64,000 nt of DNA. Source: Vairimorpha necatrix. Lineage: Eukaryota. How positions within the stretch are numbered: position 1 is the first letter of the stretch; every line of letters starts with the position of its first letter. Positions 27,298-40,351 of the stretch are shown here, in pieces. The stretch lies in NCBI GenBank assembly GCA_036630325.1, contig CP142730.1, forward strand, positions 372,001 through 436,000, given 5' to 3'. The notes under the pieces are model-generated. The model was not told the DNA's origin and did no database searches. It saw nothing but the letters and a program-made list of their open reading frames with translations. The translations under genes and the position numbers were made by a program.

Positions 27298-28739
27298 ATG
27301 GGCTAAAGAGATTTTTTATTTAATAAAAGGAACGGAATATAGTATGACGCAATCCAAACAAGTCAATTTTAGAAGTTCCTTAAATATTGTTATTTGTTCA
27401 TTTTTACGATTAATTGCTAATATTATATTTGTTCTATAGATAAATGAACATCAACAAAAACGAATTTTTGATAAATTAAAAATTTGTAAAAACAAAAGCT
27501 CTAATATTGTATTAAATTAATTATTTCTTCGGCATTTTTTATAAATACTAAATACTTGATGCTGTCTTCTCAAACACTCTTTCATATGCTTTTAAGATTT
27601 ATATGATAATTAAAACCTTTTTCGACCTATTACAAATTTTAAAATACAAAATAAGAAAATTTATTTAGGAGTTACCAGTAAAAAAATACACTTTATCTGT
27701 TTTTAATTGCTTCTGACATTCATTGACTCATTAAGATTATTGCTTTTTACTATGTTTTGGCATACACGAATGCGATGATTTGATTAGTAGTATGCTAGTT
27801 AAAGAAAATATGAATTGTGTATATTTTTATGCTTTTTTAATGCACCTAATAATTATTTATAAACTTTAGTTATAAATATAAACGGCCTGTTTCGAGCCAA
27901 CATATTCCAATATACTGTATATGTGTTTAAGTACTTATATGCGTCATTCATATCCTTAATTGCGAATTAAATTTTATTAAATTATATAATTTTATAACAA
28001 ATTCCAGACAATAGAAAATATAATATTTTTGATTAAATGTCTATTTATTTGATTAACTAAAACTAATCAAATGTACATTTTCATATAAACTTATAGACTT
28101 CAGTGTGTATGTTTTAGTGCACTAGGTCATTTCAATCACAAGTTTTAGTAATAAAATTAAACTGTGTTAAAGAAGTTTAACGTTTGTATTTTGCAATTAT
28201 GTTTTCATAAAAACTCTTTAATACACAATAAAGCGACCAGTCTACTTCTATTTTTCTGTAATTTATAGAAAAATGACAATGTGAATATAATCTCCTCATT
28301 TTTTAAAAAGCGTACGATTTATTTTTATTAAGTTTTAACAGATACGTTACATTCAGTTTTTAAAGATTTTTTTTGTGTTTATTTTTTTTTAATATAAAAA
28401 GTCAAGAAACAATGTAATAGATATAAAATGTTATGATTTGATGCAATTATATTATCAATTTCCAAAGGACTACGACTAAATATTGCAAAAGTTTAAAAAT
28501 CAAAATACTCAGAATAAGATTTGACATGTCGATATAATAAAACATGTATTTAATTCTTATTTCCGAAAAAAACTCTTGAAAATATGTCTAAAATGTATTT
28601 TATTTTTGTGTCCGTGAAGCGTAAATAGAATGATGATTAATAGAAAGAAAAAATTTCTTGACACACAAAAACATCGGATTATTACAGTAATATTACAAAG
28701 ACATCTTCATATGATATTATTTGAAATAGTTACTTTATA

Positions 28740-30510
28740 TATAAAGATTTATTGAGTAATTTATCAAAAGTCTTAAATATTTATAGCACAGCTTTCCCCG
28801 GCATCGCTCATGGGATTTGGCTCTTCACAGACTTTGGTTTCTATAAAAATAATTTATATTTTTCGTCTCAAAATTTTCAGCTTCATTTCCCTTTGTCGAT
28901 ACCACCTCTTAAACAGTCGCCATATTCGCTAGTGCGCTTACAGCTCTAGCCACTTCTTCCTCTCCTGATCGTATCTTCGTTGTCGTTCCAAAGAGATGGG
29001 CTTTAGAGTCTTCTTCATCACAATAGACTGTATTTATGCTTCAAGCGGGTTGGAATTTCAGCTCCCTCATGTACTTTCTGTGATATTTGTTCACCACTCC
29101 GTCCCATGTCATTACATAAGAAACTATTCTTGTCGGAGATCCATGTATTAGTCCCAGTTCATTTGCAAGAAGGTCATATATTTGTAGTTTTTCATTCTCG
29201 ACTATAGTAAGTCGATCCTGGTTGGTTATGCCAACTTATTATTATTAAAATTTCTTCTTCTTCTTGTCAAACACAAGAATATAAGGCTTATTATGGATCA
29301 CCTTTATATTAGTATATATTCTCGTGTCTACTCTTAATTACGCCTTACAGTCGAAATGAATTCTTGTACTGAGTGTCCACGTACTTTCTTTGTCTTCTTA
29401 AACCCATATTAAATACATAGTAAGAGATGAATGCATCTAACTACCTCTTTGTGTTTTCATATAATAAAAACCCAACATTAGATCATACTTGGGATCTAAA
29501 TAATCTACGGTCTTCCTATGAGACCCACAATGGGGACATTGACCTCATGTCTACAGGAAATTTTTTTATCCTGTAGGAAGCAGTAAAACGCTTCGGATCT
29601 AACCTGATTGTTTCCTTTAATCAGCCAGGTAAAAGAGTCCTTAATGCTTACTTTTTCATTATCTCCAGCTTTAAATAACTTTCCATAGTTTATTCTTATG
29701 TTAATTTTGTTGTAAAGCGCTTCTTTCCGGGATTCTATTGGCATCTTCTGGGGAATTACTCCTACAAAGCTATACAAAATCCCAAGATACTCGTTAATTG
29801 CAATAAAGAGGAATTTGCTATGGCTTGTACTTTAAGTTTCGCTGCCCGTCATAGTGAGCTTCTTCTAGACTTATATAATGTTTTAATATATTCAAAAGGG
29901 TTCTTTCGATTCTATCTTCGATACTTATTAGGACTCTTTCCATTTCGGATCTAGGAAGGGATGATCTTTCCTTGCAGGTGAGCTGTGGATGGGCCTGGTA
30001 CTTAATAAGTACCTGTCGGATATCAAAATCGCGACTTTTGAAATCCATTGGTTCTAATTTTAAAAGTTCTACGTGATAGTCTAGTACTGATATTATATGC
30101 TCATTAATAAAATAAATCATATTCTTACCATTTAATTAAGTTTTACACAGTTTTCCGACCCTCTGTAGGATTTCATTTTTTACTTTTTCAAAGGTCTCTG
30201 GTTTAACAGCACTAGAGGCATCCTCTGTTATTCCAAGGTATTTGTATCCTTGATGCCCCTCTAGTTTTACTGCATCTTTCTTACAATCACTACAGATAGT
30301 TGTAGACTTACTCCTGTTCATTTCTAAACCTACAGCCGAGAATTTTTTTTTAGTTTTCCAGATCATCAGTTTTTAAACGACATCGTTTTCTGCAAGGAGC
30401 TTAAGATCATCAATAATTAGGTGCTGGTTTGTTACTTAAACACTTTCAGGGGTCTGCTTTCCTACTTTTGGGCAAATTCAATTCAGTTTTCTGATAAATG
30501 GGTCAATACA
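28740..30510 (-). mobile_element. Decayed 5'-truncated non-LTR retrotransposon (RT plus restriction-like endonuclease, R4/Dong-like)
   Basis: IDDLKLLAEN (RT, ~30385-30415), YKYLGITE, HKEVVRCIHLLLC, HNKP.I.V.DK, ENEK..YDLLANELG and YVMTWDGVV motifs; many stops and frameshifts. Confidence 0.9.
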
Positions 30511-32173
30511 TTATATAAACAAACATAATATTTATTAATAAAGGCATCATTCCCTCATAATAATACATAAAGCTCTCCTTATGAGTTAATTGTGTTTGCA
30601 AATATAACTAAGCTGTAGTAATGCTATATAGTGACTTGTGAAAATATGAAATTTACTTTTTTTTATAAATTTTGATCTAGGTTTAATATTACATTTACAA
30701 GATGGATTTTTATACCAATTTATTGTAATTTTTTCGAAACCTTTTGTAATACAAGTTTGTACAAAGTAAATGATTATACATAATTTTATCTAAAAATACG
30801 CACTTTGTCTTATAGATTATAGCATAAAATTTAAAATAACTTTTTTTTTGTCTCTACTTTATAATTTCATAAAAAAATGTAATTTTAATATATATTATAA
30901 CTTTTTAGAATTCGGTGACATTTATATGTGTCCTTTTCGCAATTCATTTTTTCAAAAGAAAATATAAATCAACGGCAGAAAGTATAAGACTCTATAGCAT
31001 GAAACACATTTTGTGCTTGGCTAGAACCTAGATATTATTTTCAGTTTAAAAAACCTTTTAAAAAATGTATGATCAAAACTAATCAAAGAAAGTTATAAAT
31101 GTTAAAATAATAGACATAAAATTAACAGCAAAGAAATAATAGTAACTGCCACAGGTTACTATATGTTTTTCTTATGTTATTTAGACTTTTTAACAATTAA
31201 AAGAAACCTAAAGACATTAGATTAACTTTTAAAATGAGGTCGTTAAATGCTATTATTTAACTATCTCACATGATATAATTATGCGGATAGATCATAAAAT
31301 TAAGTCTTGTCAAAAATTCAGATTTAGATCTAATTTGAAATTAAGAATATAATTTTTAAAATTTTAACAAAAGATAATGTTAAAATTAGAGTGAGATTTT
31401 GGTATACATAATCTATCGTATCATTTTTACATATTTCTGAATAGAAAAAAACTAAAACGAAAAAACATAGTGAAGTGGAAATATCATGCCAAGATAGTCT
31501 ATAGAAATTATGGCAAAAAAGAAGACACGTGTGTTTTAAATATACAAATAAATGGTGCAAGCATTGTATGTCATCAAGTGTGAATTATTGTGATGAAGTA
31601 ATGCATCGTTATATTATATATTGGTTTTTATCATCAAGCACCGAAACAAATTCATAATTGAGAGTATTTTGCTACACTGAAAATTTATACTTTAATCTAG
31701 AGAATACGAGTGCTGCCAGTAACTAAAAACATAGTAGATGTAACAAGGATGGTTGCTAAATGAGTATGCACAAAAGATATATGTAACATAGTAATTTAAC
31801 AAAGATTAATATTTTCAATTTTTCATTCATATTTTAGAAGTATTTGTAATAGATTGTTTGCTGCATATATTTTCTTAATCAATAATCTATATTTGAATTA
31901 AAATTTCGTTATCAAATTCTGCAAATAGTTATATTTAACAAATTTGTTCGTTTAAAAGAAAAATGAAAAACAAATCCTAAATATATATATATTTATATAT
32001 TGATATGGTAATTTAATTAACACGAAGAAATAAATTATAGAACATTTTTGATGCTATATAAAATAAAAGTAAAAAGATATATTTAGATATTCTTGTCAAC
32101 TAAAGTAGTCGTTCAGTTTTTTGTATTTTCCTGATTTATAGATAAATATATTTTTAAAAATATAGAAAACTTA

Positions 32174-33004
32174 GGGAGAAGGATCTCACAGACCCCTTCC
32201 CTTTGATGGTACATTTTATTTTATTGAACCTCAAACACGAAGTGCAAAATAAAGAAGGAGCAGGAAGGAGGCAAAAATTCCTAAGCACTTATGACATTAA
32301 AAATAACAAATAAATATACGCTCTGATACAAAATAAATTAAAGATTTAGTTATAATGATTATTATGGGCATTGTATCATTTTTACCATTTTACCCTTTTT
32401 ATTTTTTCAATTTTCGGTTTATTATAAAAGCAGATTTTTGAGGAAACTCCTTTTATAATAAACCAAAAATAAAAAATATAAATAACATTTATATAAGAAA
32501 AATTAAATAAATGTTCAACGATCTATTCAGATTGTAAAATCGAAATATTAAATATAAAATGTGTTAAGTTATTTAAAATTATATAGTTTTATGATTATAC
32601 TCTTTTTTAAAAAAAATTTCGTATACAAATATAGGCTTAATTGGTATTTTTACTGTTTAAAGATGTAAGTATTTTGGGTGCTAATGATTGCTTCTCCTTT
32701 ATTTTGCACTTCGTTTCTGAGCTATAAATAAAAAAAGTGAACACCCTCAGAGGGGAGCATTTTAGTCCCCAATTCTAAAAAATCAGAAGGGCAAAAAACG
32801 CTTATTAATTTATATAATTGTAAAAACTTGTATCGAAATATAATTGTGTACATACATACAGACTTATTAGCGTTTTTAATGTCATAAGTGCTTAGTAATT
32901 TTTGTCTCCTTCCTGCTCCTTCTTTATTTTGCACTTCGTTTTTGAGGTAAAAAAAAATAAAGTGAACACCCTCAAAGGGGGAGGGTCAGTGGTACCCGCC
33001 TCCG
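32174..33004. mobile_element. Non-autonomous TIR DNA transposon, Mutator (MULE)-like, ~830 bp
   Basis: Imperfect TIRs of ~130 bp (32174-~32303 versus ~32873-33004), 9-bp TSD gaaaactta / aaaaactta, empty site in copy A (~26369-26377), no transposase ORF. Confidence 0.85.
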
Positions 33005-33181
33005 AAAAACTTATATTTAACCATTGATTACGATGATATATACAAAAAAACTATTTTAAAAATATGTAATTTCGATAACTTTATATATATTAGATATTGC
33101 AATGTTTGTTGACTGACTTTGCATGACTATACAATTTATAAAAATTATTTGTATTTGTTATAGTAAAATAATTGCAAGCAT

Positions 33182-33937
33182 TTAATTAGAAATACCTTTT
33201 AGAGGCTTACAAACTCCGTTTCTGCAAGTTAATTGAATAGGTTCTCCTACGTATACCTTTTTAACACTATCGGGTACTAATAAATTTCTTGTTGTTGTAA
33301 AGGTCGGAACATTTCTTCTATTCCGTAAATGATTATCATTATTCAATTCATTCAACATTATAAATATCTCATTGTATTCATGGGCATTAAATAATTGACT
33401 TATTTCGTTTTCACAACTCATATCAAATTTCAGATCTACACTATTAAGTATCTGATATTTTATCTTTTCCCTGTTATTAATATACTCTTTAAAATTTTTT
33501 ATACCTGATAGTCTAAATACTAAATTTAAACTATGAGCAGCCAAAGAATACAAAAAAGATGAAACAGATAAACAATTTTCTTTGGGTTTTCTTCCGTGAA
33601 AATAATGAAATAAAGAAAGAGAAAATTGAGAAAAGAAAAAGGATTGGGGAATGTCTTTTTCATTAGATATTAAATCATCGAGTTTCCTTTTTACTTCATG
33701 ATGCTGAGTAATAATTGCAAAATAATCTCTACAAACTTTATAGTAAAAGTCAAGATCGATTTTTTGGTTTTTTTTCAGGGGAATATCGTCCATTTCAGAA
33801 TGTAAATATTTTTTAGAACCATCATTTATTGACTTGGATTCTTCCTTAGTTTTGATATCGTTGTTAAAAAGTATATCGGACTTTTCAAGTGGCGTATCGG
33901 AACAAAAATGAACAATGAAATTTGAGAGAAACATCAT
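33182..33937 (-). CDS. Secreted family A member 4 (251 aa)
   Basis: Intact ORF, near-identical to 26542-27297 except the tail; RNRR site; CRNGVC. Confidence 0.85.
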   Translation of the reverse strand: MMFLSNFIVHFCSDTPLEKSDILFNNDIKTKEESKSINDGSKKYLHSEMDDIPLKKNQKIDLDFYYKVCRDYFAIITQHHEVKRKLDDLISNEKDIPQSFFFSQFSLSLFHYFHGRKPKENCLSVSSFLYSLAAHSLNLVFRLSGIKNFKEYINNREKIKYQILNSVDLKFDMSCENEISQLFNAHEYNEIFIMLNELNNDNHLRNRRNVPTFTTTRNLLVPDSVKKVYVGEPIQLTCRNGVCKPLKGISN

Positions 33938-36900
33938 ATGGGCTAAATAGATTTTTTATTTAATAAAAAGAACGGAATATAGTATGACGCAATCCAAACA
34001 AGTCAATTTTTGAAGTTTCCTTAAATATTGTTTTTTGTTCATTTTTACGATTAATTGCTAATAATATATTTGTTCTATAAATAAATGAACATCAACAAAA
34101 ACGAATTTTTGATAAATTAAAAATTTGTAAAAACAAAAGCTCTAATATTGTATTAAATTGATTGTTTCTTTGGCACTTTTTTATAAATACCAAATACTTG
34201 ATACTGTCTTCTCAAACACTCTTTCATATGCTTTTAAGATTTATATGATAATCAAAACCTTTTTCGATCTATTACAAATTTTAAAATACAAAATAAGAAA
34301 ATTTATTTAGGAGTTACCAGTAAAAAAATACACTTTATCTGTTTTTAATTGCTTCTGACATTCATTGACTCATTAAGATTATTGCTTTTTACTATGTTTT
34401 GGAATACACGAATGCGATGATTTGATTAATCGTATGCTAGTTATAGAAAATATGAATTGTGTACATTTTTATGCTTTTTTAATGCACCTAATAATTATTT
34501 ATAAACTTTAGTTATAAATATAAACAGCCTGTTTCGAGCCAACATATTCTAATATACTGTATATGTGTTTAAGTACTTATATGCGTCATTCATATCCTTA
34601 ATTGCGAATTAAATTTTATTAAATTATATAATTTTATAACAAATTCCAGACAATAAAAAATATAATATTTTTGATTAAATATCTATTTATTTGATTAACT
34701 AAAACTAATCAAATGTACTTTTTCATATATACTTATAGACTTCAGTGTGTATGTTTTAGTGCACTGGGTCATTTCAATCACAAGTTTTAGTAATAAAATT
34801 AAACTGTGTTAAAGAAGTTTAACGTTTGTATTTTGCAATTATGTTTTCATAAAAACTCTTTAATACACAATAAAGCGACCAATCTACTTCTATTTATCTG
34901 TAATTTATAGAAAAATGACAATGTGAATATAATCTCCTTTTTTTTTAAAAAGCGTACGATTTATTTTTATTAAGTTTTAACAGATACGTTACATTCAGTT
35001 TTTAAAGATTTTTTTTGTGTTTATTTTTTTTTAATATAAAAAGTCAAGAAACAATGTAATAGATATAAAATGTTATGATTTGATGCAATTATATTATCAA
35101 TTTCCAAAGGACTACGACTAAATATTGCAAAAGTTTAAAAATCAAAATACTCAGAATAAGATTTGACATGTCGATATAATAAAACATGTATTTAATTCTT
35201 ATTTCCGAAAAAACTCTTGAAAGTATGTCTAAAATGTATTTTATTTTTGTGTCCGTGAAGCGTGAAGGTGATGATTAATAGAAAGAAAAAATTCCTTGAC
35301 ACACAAAAACACCGGATTATTACAGTAATATTACAAGGACATCTTCATATGATATGTTTTGTAATAGTATAATCATATTCGCACGAAGTCCAAACTTGAT
35401 CTCAAAAAATTAGTCCTTGTAACGCTTCCTCACGAATTACTGTTTCGAGCCTTAAATTATCTTTCGTGTCCTGAGAGATCTGTAGAACTAAAGTTTCTTA
35501 TTATTATTGTGCGTTTTCTTCAAAACCATTTAAGTAAGAGAGGTATTAATTTTTACACAGAGCCTGAGATTTGTCCTATGTTTCTTGTAAATTTAACTTC
35601 TAATCCCATGCTGCCAGGCAAATGTAACTGTGATTTATATGTAAATTCTATGATAAATTTTTTTTATTGAAAAAATTTGCAGTCATGAGATTTTGTGCTA
35701 TAAAATAAACAATAAATTATAAAACTCAAAGTATAAAATTTGTGAATATAGGTTTTGATGCGCTCTTATACAAAATACAAATAATTTTGTAAATGTCTTA
35801 ATGTCATGGTAAAAAACGATTGTGTATTTTTACATAGATTACTATATGACATTTAAATTTATAGATATAAATGTATATGTATATTCATTTTTTAAATTTT
35901 ACTAATATATTAGTTAACTATAAGTTCCACATAAAAATCATTTGAACATAAACCGGTGTCTAATGTTTAATAAAATACAGATTCTATGTTTAACTAAGTA
36001 CTGAACTAGATAAGTCCATTTTTTTATAGCGCTATTTTGCAAAAAGTAGTCTTTGTTGCTTTTTTAATGATGTATAATAAAGTTGTAAATCTCTAATCAA
36101 TTGCAATATGACAAGTAAGGTATAACTAACATTCTTTATTGATATGTACGAATATATCTGCCTTAATAACACAAAAATCAAAACACAAATATTTATAGTT
36201 ATAAAAAAAGAATACAGCCTTTATCTTTAGACATTAATTTTGTTTATGTTTGATTTTGTTGTATAAAATTTTTCTATGTAAAAAATAATTTAGATGTGTA
36301 AAAAATCTATGTATGTCCACTAAAACATTACATATTACAATAAATATGAAGATGTTATATTAGTTTAAAATGCCAATAAATAGAATATTAGGCTGAAGAA
36401 TATACTATTAAGAGATTTTGGTATTATAAATTCTTAAATATTTATACCGATTTATTCATACTAAATGAAAGCGCTTTGGCCTAAAAAATTTGTTTATGAT
36501 CTTTTTTACTTATGCTTAATATTTTCACTTAAAATATTATATCTAAAAAGATAATAAAAGCCAAAAACAAAATAAAATGTTATGTTTATGCTAATAAGTG
36601 TAATTTCCTTTTCTTCATTTTTAATAAAATTACATAAGAAAAAAGTATAAACATAGAAATTTATAAAATTTTTTTTCCGGGTTTTAACTAAATATGTTTG
36701 AGCTACTAATATTTAAATTATACACAATAGCTTGTTTTCTCATTTTTTTACTCATTTTCAATGTGAAAATTACTTATTTCTGTATCTCAATATTTATTGC
36801 ACATCAATATAGACTTAATTAAAAAGCGCCATGTTATGCAAGAAAATATCCTAAATAAATATAGTTTGAGCTGCAACTTATAGAAAATTAAAATATGGCG

Positions 36901-39900
36901 TTTTACGAAAATCAGTAGTCGAAAAAAATTATCCATAAATTGTCCTATAATATATCTATCCTAATAAAACTATAAGTGCTTTTCAGACTTTGATTTTTTC
37001 ACAAGTTTTATAGTTATAGTTTTTGGTTATTGTATTTAAATAGCTCCAAAATGCTTACTTAAAATGTAATTAATGTTGTAACATTAATTGTAAATGTATA
37101 ATTACATTAACTAACATAAAGCTATAATATAACTTGAGCGTATTACACGTGATTATTGCAGCCGAATATATTCTAAGTTTTGCAAAGTATATTTAAGCCT
37201 GCCCCTAAATATGAAAATAAAATGTAGCAATTGAACATCTGACTTATAAAGTATCGTTATAATTTAATACCCTTACCAAAAATTTCCATAAAGACTTTGT
37301 AATTTTTTTATTTACATTGCAAAAACGATTTTTTTTAAAAAAAATGTTAGCTATTTTCTTTTTTTAATAAGCTTATATGTTAGGATAGATTTTTGTCATA
37401 AACAATCAAACTAATTTTTAACAATTATGTAAAAAAAAACTAATCGTTTCACACTCTTTCTTAAATGTTAGAATAAAATTTGCTGGATATTTATTTTATA
37501 ATACAGTTATTATAACCTAGACCTGGTCATGCAAAACAAATTGACTATGTAATTAGTTAGAGTCAAAACAACTTATAAATTTATATCTATAAGTAAATTT
37601 ATAAAAATAACATTTATTTTGGAAATTTGAATGGTTTTAAATGTGTTATATATTTCAAATACATTTTTTTTATTTTGATATAAAATTAGACATTATAATG
37701 AAGTAGAGGCTAATATGGAAAGATACAATATCAAACGTGTGATAAATTACTTTTATATAATTAGAATGGAATGTGTATATGTAGTTTTTTGTTGTATTAG
37801 GATGCATCCATAAATTTTGTATGTTTAAGACCTTTACAAAATTTCAATATTAAAGATAAACTATAGACATTCCTAGACATTGCATGTACACAAAATTTTG
37901 CCTTTTTGAACACGATCTAATATTAATGTTATTAGCAATCCTGTTCACTATTAAAATATATTATTGGTCAATAGAACTTTTAAAATTTTTTTAAAATTTA
38001 CTAATATTAAACAATTTATATTTATAATACAATCATTTTACCATATGTTTTAATTGAATTATTTTTTAACAAAAAACTTAACCTCCCAATTATGGGATTA
38101 TTATTTGATTATTTGCGATTATTACCTCATTGTAAGCTATACTGCGTTGGCTTTAAAAGTTAGAATTAACTATAAATAATCTGATTTAGAAAAAATGGGG
38201 TTTCAATTTATTGTGGATTTCCAGATCACCATAGTATTCAAGCTACGGTAGTTAGAGATTTTAGTAATATATGTGTATATATGTTATTTGTAGATAGATT
38301 TCAAAGAAAAATAAAAAACGAGAGGTTATAATCAGTTTAAAACAGAGCAAAAACTTTTAAGAAAAAAATCTTAAGAGAATTGGTTTCTACATTTTTAATT
38401 AAAAAAAATGAAAAATGCTGAAGTTGGAAATCTAAAATCGAACATTTAAAAGATTTTTTTCAGATAGGATAAATCATTTATGTTAAAGTCTTTGCAGTTC
38501 TGCTAAGTGATAATTTCTTAATTTACTTTTTCTTCTAAAAATGATTATAAAAAAATTATATTTAAGATATATGTTATTAATTAGATATTTGACTTAAAAT
38601 TGTTACAATAAGTTGATAAATGTCTTTTATCTGCATATAAAAAAACAATATTGGAGTAAAACTATCATTTTTACGAATAAATAAAAAAAATTATTTTAAG
38701 CATGTATAGTTGTATGCAATAATCCAAATTGCGATTTGATTTTTCTATACCTAAGTTAAAATACTATAAAATAATAATTTTATATATTGAAAAGTCTGCG
38801 GATGATTATGATTATTTATTATGATATCTTGAATATCATAAAATTATGCTTTAGAAATATTTCCCTCCAAATTTCTCAGTTTCCCCTCCTACAAGTATTT
38901 AAATATTTTATCCTTAGAAGGGTACGATAATGAGGACGAGAGAAACAACAAGAACCAAAATAAAATAAACAGTAATATTTTAGAAATGTTTCTCGGTGGT
39001 GGATACCACATTTATATTTATATTAATTAGGTTTATAGGCATTTTTTCAAAAATTTTGGTAATTGCATTTTTTATTTTTAATATAAAAACCTAAGTTAAT
39101 TTTTGCCTTCTTAGTTATAAAATGAAAACTTCCTCACATTTCTGTTATTGTAAATACATCTGTTTTAGAAATTAAAAGTAGAAATTTCTTTGTCCGATCG
39201 AGAAGAATATCATTATATAACATCCTTTTATACATACAAAAACAACGCAAACTAATCAGCGGAATAGTAAAATTTTTACTATAATTAGTCATAAATTTAT
39301 TGTTTTACATGATGGAAATATGCGGGATTGAAAATGTCAAAAAATACCTCAAAAAAAACAGAACGGAAATTTGTTATCTTTTAAAGGATACATACAAAAA
39401 AAAATTAAATTTTGGTTTGTCTAAAAGAATGATGTTACAAATTTTATTAAAAGAGGGCTTCGGCTTGTTTTTTGCATGAGCACGCACAACATAAAACAAA
39501 ACAAAAGTTTATTTCTGTGTTCCATTACTGCGACTAAATCAGTTATAATACTTATATTAACATATGTTAAAAGGCCAAAAATAACTTTAGTTATTCGTTT
39601 AGAGGGATTGGGCGGTATAAACTAAGAGTTAAAAGTAATTATTAGCAATGAACATATATATGGTTCCAATTAATAAATAAAGAATAGGATTCTTAATAAA
39701 TATAAAGAGTAAAATGATATATTTTATTAGAACTTATAATTAAAAATTCATAATATTGATGACTAAGAATACTTTTCTTGGGTGGTTAAAGTTTTTAAAA
39801 CAATACAGTTCGACGAAAACTGTTCTTAGGTTAAAATTTAATGACAGAAATATACTACTTTGCCTTTATATAAAAAATACTTTTTATACGCATAAATAAT

Positions 39901-40351
39901 CTTTCTTATTCTAAAGCATAATAAAAAAAATTCAACAATATACGAAAAAATGAAGCACTGTGCATTTATAACAATTATGATAGCTTTCTGTAAAATTAGC
40001 CACAATAAGACTCGAAGAAAATTGCATACACCAAGCATAAGTTGTTCAGATATATCTAAACTTTAATAAATCTTAAGAATGAGATCATAAAAGACAACTG
40101 ATCAAAGATTGTGATAATTATAAAAGAATTGTTGTCTCTGTAAATGTTATAAATATAACGAGCACTGGGTATATAAATATGCATACCATTGAAAAAAGAC
40201 AAAACAAATTTAGCGCTCAACATTTATTAATGCTGTTCAGAATAAATATTATTTAAAATAAATTCTACTTGCTTCATTTTAACCTAAATTACGTAGTTTT
40301 TATTATATGTCGAAACACTACAACATAAGTAATCATCAAAAAAAAATTTAT

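Larger units (their letters stand above)
24390..28730 (+). repeat. Tandem segmental duplication, copy A
   Basis: Collinear with ~30521-35365; contains family A member 3. Confidence 0.92.
30521..35365 (+). repeat. Tandem segmental duplication, copy B
   Basis: Collinear with 24390-28730; contains family A member 4 and the TIR element. Confidence 0.92.

Noticed and set aside
32722-32934. 70-aa ORF as a transposase
   Set aside because: Lies in the TIR, starts at GTG and has no transposase motifs.
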